NCBI GenBank assembly: GCA_964373695.1
Contig: CAYJVT010000007.1
Location: 1-47,778 of the forward strand
Direction: 5' to 3'
Length of the DNA: 47,778 nt
Source: an uncultured archaeon
GTDB taxonomy: Archaea > Aenigmatarchaeota > Aenigmatarchaeia > GW2011-AR5
Part shown: in pieces, positions 43,489 to 47,778 of the stretch
Numbering within the stretch: the first letter of the stretch is position 1
Layout of the letters: each line of letters opens with the position of its first letter
Made by a program: the position numbers and the translations under genes
Notes under the pieces: model-generated
What the model saw: only the letters and a program-made list of their open reading frames with translations
What the model was told of the DNA's origin: nothing
The model's database searches: none

Positions 43489-44118
43489 CTATTTGAATAT
43501 CTCGCCGGCTTCCTGGCTCCACCACAGCAGGTCCAGGTGGTCCATCGGTATCCTCACGCTCTCTGAAAACGCCCTGAACTTGTCCTCTATTTCCATGTAT
43601 TTTTTGCGGCTCCCTGGGGGTTTCGGGCTTTCTATGACCCCGTTCTCGTGCAGGTGCTTCAGAATGTGTCTGTCAAGTATGGCAAGGCCCTCGAACCCTA
43701 TGTTCCGCAGGAAATGCGAGGCCTCTTTCATCCCCATCCCCTTCACGTTGTCGGCAAGCCATGTCCTGGCCTCTTTCCCGTCGGAAGGCAGCTTCTCCCT
43801 CACCGCGAAACCGGAGCCGTTGTGGAAAAGCCTCCTCGCATCGATTATGTATGAGGACTTTCCTATGTTGAACCTGACGCCGGCCAGCCACGCAAGGACC
43901 TCCTGCTGGCTTCCGTCATATAGCTTGCCGTTTTCCTTCAGTTTTTCTATGGCGCGCCAGCATATCTTGGCCTTGCTCTGCGGCGTCAGGAGGCAGAAGC
44001 ACAGCTCCGCGAACAGGTCTTTTTCAGTGTAGCTCTGGTAGACGCCCTTGAAATTCATGAGCCTTTTCTCTATCTCATCCTTCTTGATGAGATATGCGGA
44101 TTTAGTCTCTTCCTTCAT
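43489..44118 (-). CDS. ogg: 8-oxoguanine DNA glycosylase/AP lyase (archaeal OGG2 type)
   Basis: ELCFCLLTPQSKA, VKGMGMKEASHFLRNIG, LAILDRHIL, LDLLWW; start moved to ATG 44118. Confidence 0.92.
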   Translation of the reverse strand: MKEETKSAYLIKKDEIEKRLMNFKGVYQSYTEKDLFAELCFCLLTPQSKAKICWRAIEKLKENGKLYDGSQQEVLAWLAGVRFNIGKSSYIIDARRLFHNGSGFAVREKLPSDGKEARTWLADNVKGMGMKEASHFLRNIGFEGLAILDRHILKHLHENGVIESPKPPGSRKKYMEIEDKFRAFSESVRIPMDHLDLLWWSQEAGEIFK

Positions 44119-44194
44119 CCTAATATTTGTAGTGACAAAGTTAAAATTCCTGTAGTAGACGAAAATATTTATAGCGCCCCGGCAATCTATTATC

Positions 44195-45208
44195 ATGGAC
44201 AGCCTTCTCAGAAAGCTCATAGAGACAGACGGGATAAGCGGCTACGAGCAGCGGGTCCGGGCGCTTATCCAGAAAGAAATATCGAGATATGCCGACCAGA
44301 CATTCATCGACAAGATGGGAAATCTCATTGCCGTAAAGAAGGGAAAGAAGGGCGGCGGAAAGGTCATGCTCGCATCGCACATGGACGAGATAGGCCTTAT
44401 TGCAAAGAGCATAACACCAGAAGGAAAAATAAAGTTTACCACGATTGGCGGAATTGAGCCACTGACTCTGATAGGCCAGCGCGTCATGCTTTTGACAAAG
44501 AAGCCACTGAACGGTCTGATTACCACTTCCGAGATGCTCGACGGAAATTACATAGAGCACCTGCCGAAGATTGAGGACATGTTCGTCGACACGGGCCTTG
44601 GCAAAAAGCAGCTTGCCGCAAGGGGGGTTGAAGTCGGCACTTTAATAGCGCTGAAACAGGAGATGGGGATGCTCAACGATGACATGTTTTACGGGAAGGC
44701 GCTTGATGACAGGATAGGATGCTACATAAACATACAGCTTGCGAAGCGGCTGAAAAAAAGCAGGCACGAAATCAATTTCGTCTTCACGGTTCAGGAGGAG
44801 ATGGGGATGTACGGCGCCAAGACATCAACTTACGAGGTGAATCCTGACTGGGCCATAGCAGTTGACGTTTCCAACACGTACGAATCGAAGGACATGAGAC
44901 TGCTGGGCAAGGGGCCCACAATCCTGGTGAAGGATGCCGCTATGATAGCCAACAAGTGCCTTGACGACACGCTGCGAGGCATAGCAATGAAGAACAAAAT
45001 ACCCATTCAGCTTGACGTTTCTGATCTGGGCACCACGGATGCGATGACCATATCGCTTTCAAGGGGCGGCGTTCCTGCCACGGTAGTGGGTGTTCCCCTG
45101 AAGAACCTTCACAGCACTGTCGGCGCCGCGAGCATGAATGATGTCAACAGTGCCATAAAGCTGCTTTCAGCTTTGCTGAAAAATCCGCCAAAAGTGTGTC
45201 TGGTATGA
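44195..45208 (+). CDS. M42 family aminopeptidase (TET-like)
   Basis: ASHMDEIG, KALDDRIG, VQEEMG, AVDV, GTTDA, NLHS metal and catalytic residues. Confidence 0.92.
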   Translation: MDSLLRKLIETDGISGYEQRVRALIQKEISRYADQTFIDKMGNLIAVKKGKKGGGKVMLASHMDEIGLIAKSITPEGKIKFTTIGGIEPLTLIGQRVMLLTKKPLNGLITTSEMLDGNYIEHLPKIEDMFVDTGLGKKQLAARGVEVGTLIALKQEMGMLNDDMFYGKALDDRIGCYINIQLAKRLKKSRHEINFVFTVQEEMGMYGAKTSTYEVNPDWAIAVDVSNTYESKDMRLLGKGPTILVKDAAMIANKCLDDTLRGIAMKNKIPIQLDVSDLGTTDAMTISLSRGGVPATVVGVPLKNLHSTVGAASMNDVNSAIKLLSALLKNPPKVCLV

Positions 45209-46653
45209 AAAAGTTCGGCATGTTCATAGGTGGGAAATGGCTTCTTTCTGACAGGACATTCGCCAGCATAAATCCCTCCACCGAAGAAAGCATCGGCGAG
45301 TTCCAGCTGGGCGGCGAGAAGCATGCAAAGGCCGCCATAGAAGCCGCTTATTCATCTTTCGCCAGGTGGAGCGAGACGCCGGCGCCAAGGCGCGGCTCGC
45401 TTCTTCTCAGGATTGCAGGCATCCTGAAAGAGCGCAAGGAGGAGCTCGCGCGCCTCGAGACGATGGAGATGGGCAAGATATTGCCGGAGGCCCGCGCTGA
45501 TGTGCAGGAGGCCATAGACATCTTCGAGTACATGGCCGGCGAAGGAAGGCGGCTCTTCGGCCACACGACACCTTCGGAGCTGAAGGACAAGATGTGCATG
45601 ACCATAAGAAGGCCGGTAGGGGTCGTTTCAGTCATAGCGCCATGGAATTTTCCCATTGCAATACCGGCGTGGAAGATGTCGGCAGCCCTTGTATGCGGCA
45701 ATACTGTCGTCTTCAAGCCGAGCAGCGACACACCCCTCTGCGCCACGCGCCTCGTCGAGATATTGAACGACGCCGGCATCCCAAAGGGCGTCGTGAACCT
45801 GGTGACAGGCTCCGGCGGCACTCTGGGAAAGGAGCTCGTAGCAAACAGGGATGTCGGATGCGTGTCTTTCACTGGCTCAAGAGACACCGGTCTGTGGATA
45901 TCGCAGAACGCCGGCATAAAGCGCGTCGGCCTGGAGCTTGGCGGGAAGAATGCCATAATAGTTATGGATGATGCCGACATGGGCCTCGCGGTCGACGGTA
46001 TATTATGGGGCGCTTTCGGCACCACCGGGCAGCGCTGCACGGCTGCGTCGAGAGTCATAGTCCACCGGAAGGCGAGGCGCAGGCTCGTCGCGGCCCTTGT
46101 TGCGAGGGCGAAGAAGCTTCGCGTTGGCAGCGGACTCGATCCGAAAACCAACATGGGACCTCTTGTCAATAAGCAGGCCGTTGAGAAGGTTCAGAAATAC
46201 GTCGGCATAGGGAAGAAGGAGGGCGCCAGACTTCTTTGCGGCGGAAAGCCGCTGCCGGGGAAGGGGTATTTCTACGCGCCGACGATATTCATCGCCGATG
46301 CCGGTATGAAAATAGCACAGGATGAGATTTTCGGCCCTGTCCTGTCCATAATAGAGGCGGAAAGCCTTGACGACGCGCTCGACAAGGCGAACAGCGTGGA
46401 ATACGGCCTCAGCTCGTCCATATACACGAGAAGCATATCAAACGCCATGAAGGCGGCCGAGCGAATACAAGCCGGCATAACATACGTGAATTCCAGCACC
46501 ATAGGCTCTGAAGTGCACCTGCCCTTCGGCGGCGTCAAGGACACCGGCAACGGGACCAGGGAAGGCGGCATCCTGGGGATAGACGAGTTTTCCGAATTCA
46601 AGACTGTATACATCGACTATTCGGGGAAGCTGCAGAAGGCGCAGTTTGACTGA
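45205..46653 (+). CDS. NAD(P)-dependent aldehyde dehydrogenase
   Basis: PWNFP, FKPSS, FTGS, LELGGKN, GQRCT, EIFGPV, PFGG.K. Confidence 0.95.
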   Translation: MKKFGMFIGGKWLLSDRTFASINPSTEESIGEFQLGGEKHAKAAIEAAYSSFARWSETPAPRRGSLLLRIAGILKERKEELARLETMEMGKILPEARADVQEAIDIFEYMAGEGRRLFGHTTPSELKDKMCMTIRRPVGVVSVIAPWNFPIAIPAWKMSAALVCGNTVVFKPSSDTPLCATRLVEILNDAGIPKGVVNLVTGSGGTLGKELVANRDVGCVSFTGSRDTGLWISQNAGIKRVGLELGGKNAIIVMDDADMGLAVDGILWGAFGTTGQRCTAASRVIVHRKARRRLVAALVARAKKLRVGSGLDPKTNMGPLVNKQAVEKVQKYVGIGKKEGARLLCGGKPLPGKGYFYAPTIFIADAGMKIAQDEIFGPVLSIIEAESLDDALDKANSVEYGLSSSIYTRSISNAMKAAERIQAGITYVNSSTIGSEVHLPFGGVKDTGNGTREGGILGIDEFSEFKTVYIDYSGKLQKAQFD

Positions 46654-46682
46654 TTTATAAGATTTTCTCCCTGCATTAAATC

Positions 46683-46790
46683 ATGAAATGCGAGGCCTGC
46701 GGCGCGGAACTGACGAAGGCGAACAGCACGCTGGACGACAAGTACTGCGACTCCTGCTTCACGCGCCACGCAAGGTCGATGTTTTTCTGA
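46683..46790 (+). CDS. Zinc-finger micro-protein (35 aa, CxxC-N15-CxxC)
   Basis: Hand-translated MKCEACGAELTKANSTLDDKYCDSCFTRHARSMFF*; stop 1 nt before the GTG of the next ORF. Confidence 0.65.
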   Translation: MKCEACGAELTKANSTLDDKYCDSCFTRHARSMFF

Positions 46791-46791
46791 C

Positions 46792-47523
46792 GTGGCCAGG
46801 ATGATCGAAGAAATAATCAAGGATATGGATTCGAAGAAGAACGCCGGAAAAGCCGGGGTTCTATCGCGCTTCTTCAAGACGGGAAAGGGGGAATACGGCG
46901 AGGGAGACGTGTTTCTGGGCATAACGGTGCCGGAACAGAGGCGAATTGCAAGAAAATACCTGTCCGCTTCGTTCGGCGACCTGGAGCGCCTCCTGTCGAG
47001 CAATATCCATGAGCACAGGCTTACCGCTCTTCTGGTGCTGGAGGAGAAATACAGAAAGTCGGACGAAAAGGCAAGGGAAATGGTTTTTGATTTCTGCATG
47101 GAGAATATTTCAGGGATAAACAGCTGGGACCTGGTCGATACGGCCTCCCCTTCCATTATAGGCAGTCACCTCCTTGGCAGGGACAGGTCAATTTTATACA
47201 AGCTGGCAGCAGGCAATTTGTGGGAGAGGAGGATTGCAATAGTGTCTACTTACGCATTCATAAAAAACGGCAGGTTCGGCGATACGCTGAAGATAGCTGA
47301 AATCCTGCTGGATGACGGGCACGACCTCATACACAAGGCCGTCGGATGGATGCTCCGCGAGGTCGGAAAGCGCGATGTGAAGGTTCTGGAAAAATTCCTC
47401 ATGAAACATAGCAGGAGAATGCCGAGGACCATGCTCAGGTACGCTGTAGAAAGGCTGCCTGAAAGGAAAAGGAATTTTTACATGAAATCTGACATCCCAC
47501 TGTTTTTGCCCAAAAGACTTTGA
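46792..47523 (+). CDS. DNA alkylation repair protein (AlkD-like HEAT repeat)
   Basis: FFKTGKGEYGEGD.FLG..VP, HE.R..AL, N.WDLVD, LWERR, DLIHKAVGWMLREVGK, RTMLRYA.E. Confidence 0.9.
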   Translation: MARMIEEIIKDMDSKKNAGKAGVLSRFFKTGKGEYGEGDVFLGITVPEQRRIARKYLSASFGDLERLLSSNIHEHRLTALLVLEEKYRKSDEKAREMVFDFCMENISGINSWDLVDTASPSIIGSHLLGRDRSILYKLAAGNLWERRIAIVSTYAFIKNGRFGDTLKIAEILLDDGHDLIHKAVGWMLREVGKRDVKVLEKFLMKHSRRMPRTMLRYAVERLPERKRNFYMKSDIPLFLPKRL

Positions 47524-47778
47524 AAAAGTCTTTTGGCAACTTAGGAAAGCGTAGCTTTCCTAGAGTCAAAAAGTGGTTGACAGCGGATGTAGATGCAAGG
47601 AAGAGCCCAGTTCTTCCGGCACCGGCAGACTTTCGGTCTGCCTCGTGCTCAACGACTCATCAATCCGCAAAGAACGAAGTTCTTTAGGATGTCAAAAACC
47701 TGAAAGGTTTTTGCACATTTCAGCAAGCCGCCGCCTTTTCATCAGAAGCCGAAGGCTTCTGTGAATGTGTGAAATTGC
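47510..47778. repeat. Dense array of at least seven short hairpins, mostly with GAA/GTA triloops; runs off the window end
   Basis: 47510-47536, 47542-47562, 47599-47617, 47624-47642, 47669-47685, 47693-47713, 47743-47761; the final TGTGTGAAATTGC matches 43383-43395. Confidence 0.8.

Noticed and set aside
45348-46169. 273-aa minus-strand ORF
   Set aside because: Antisense shadow of the GC-rich aldehyde dehydrogenase gene
47620-47665. Hammerhead-like TGATGA...GAAA on the minus strand
   Set aside because: The core reads TTGATGA rather than CTGANGA, stem II does not close next to GAAA, and that GAAA sits in a competing perfect hairpin
47573-47764. 63-aa ORF at the window end
   Set aside because: GTG start, no motif, and it runs through a dense hairpin array that better explains the sequence
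47510-47778. tRNA, SRP RNA or RNase P RNA
   Set aside because: No cloverleaf/TΨC arm, SRP helix-8 motif or RNase P GAGGAAAGUCC motif was visible; an Infernal search would settle it

Overview
Archaeal chromosomal window with no rRNA, tRNA or CRISPR array that I could detect. Archaeal origin is supported by RNA polymerase E', Spt4, S24e, S27ae, stand-alone Kae1 and GGAGG/GAGGTG ribosome-binding sites; a DPANN-type lineage (e.g. Aenigmarchaeota-like) is my inference. Layout: (i) 1-5.3 kb, mixed metabolic genes; (ii) 5.4-19.3 kb, a mosaic, partly AT-rich branched-chain amino-acid (Liv) ABC island in which livH/M, livG and livF are separated by three divergent regulator/solute-binding-protein pairs, four PIN-type toxin-antitoxin modules and a relic of a further binding-protein gene; (iii) 19.3-36.2 kb, a redox/Fe-S/membrane-lipid block with an intein-split tetraether-synthase-like (Tes/GDGT-MAS, MJ0619 family) radical SAM enzyme, geranylgeranyl reductase, ferredoxins, 2-oxoacid:ferredoxin oxidoreductase, an A-type Fe-S carrier fusion, Mrp, peroxiredoxins, SOD and aquaporin; (iv) 36.3-43.2 kb, a SET-domain methyltransferase divergent from two unannotated Lys-rich micro-ORFs, then the ppa-rpoE-spt4-rps24e-rps27ae-...-sua5-kae1 core cluster; (v) 43.3-47.8 kb, DNA repair and catabolic genes plus two arrays of perfect triloop (mostly GNA) hairpins. 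Best leads: the SET/micro-peptide locus, an identical 18-bp promoter motif shared by tes and sod next to a GbsR/MarR regulator, the intein whose +1 Cys is a radical-SAM cluster ligand, and the GNA-triloop hairpin arrays. Family calls come from motif recognition, not database searches.
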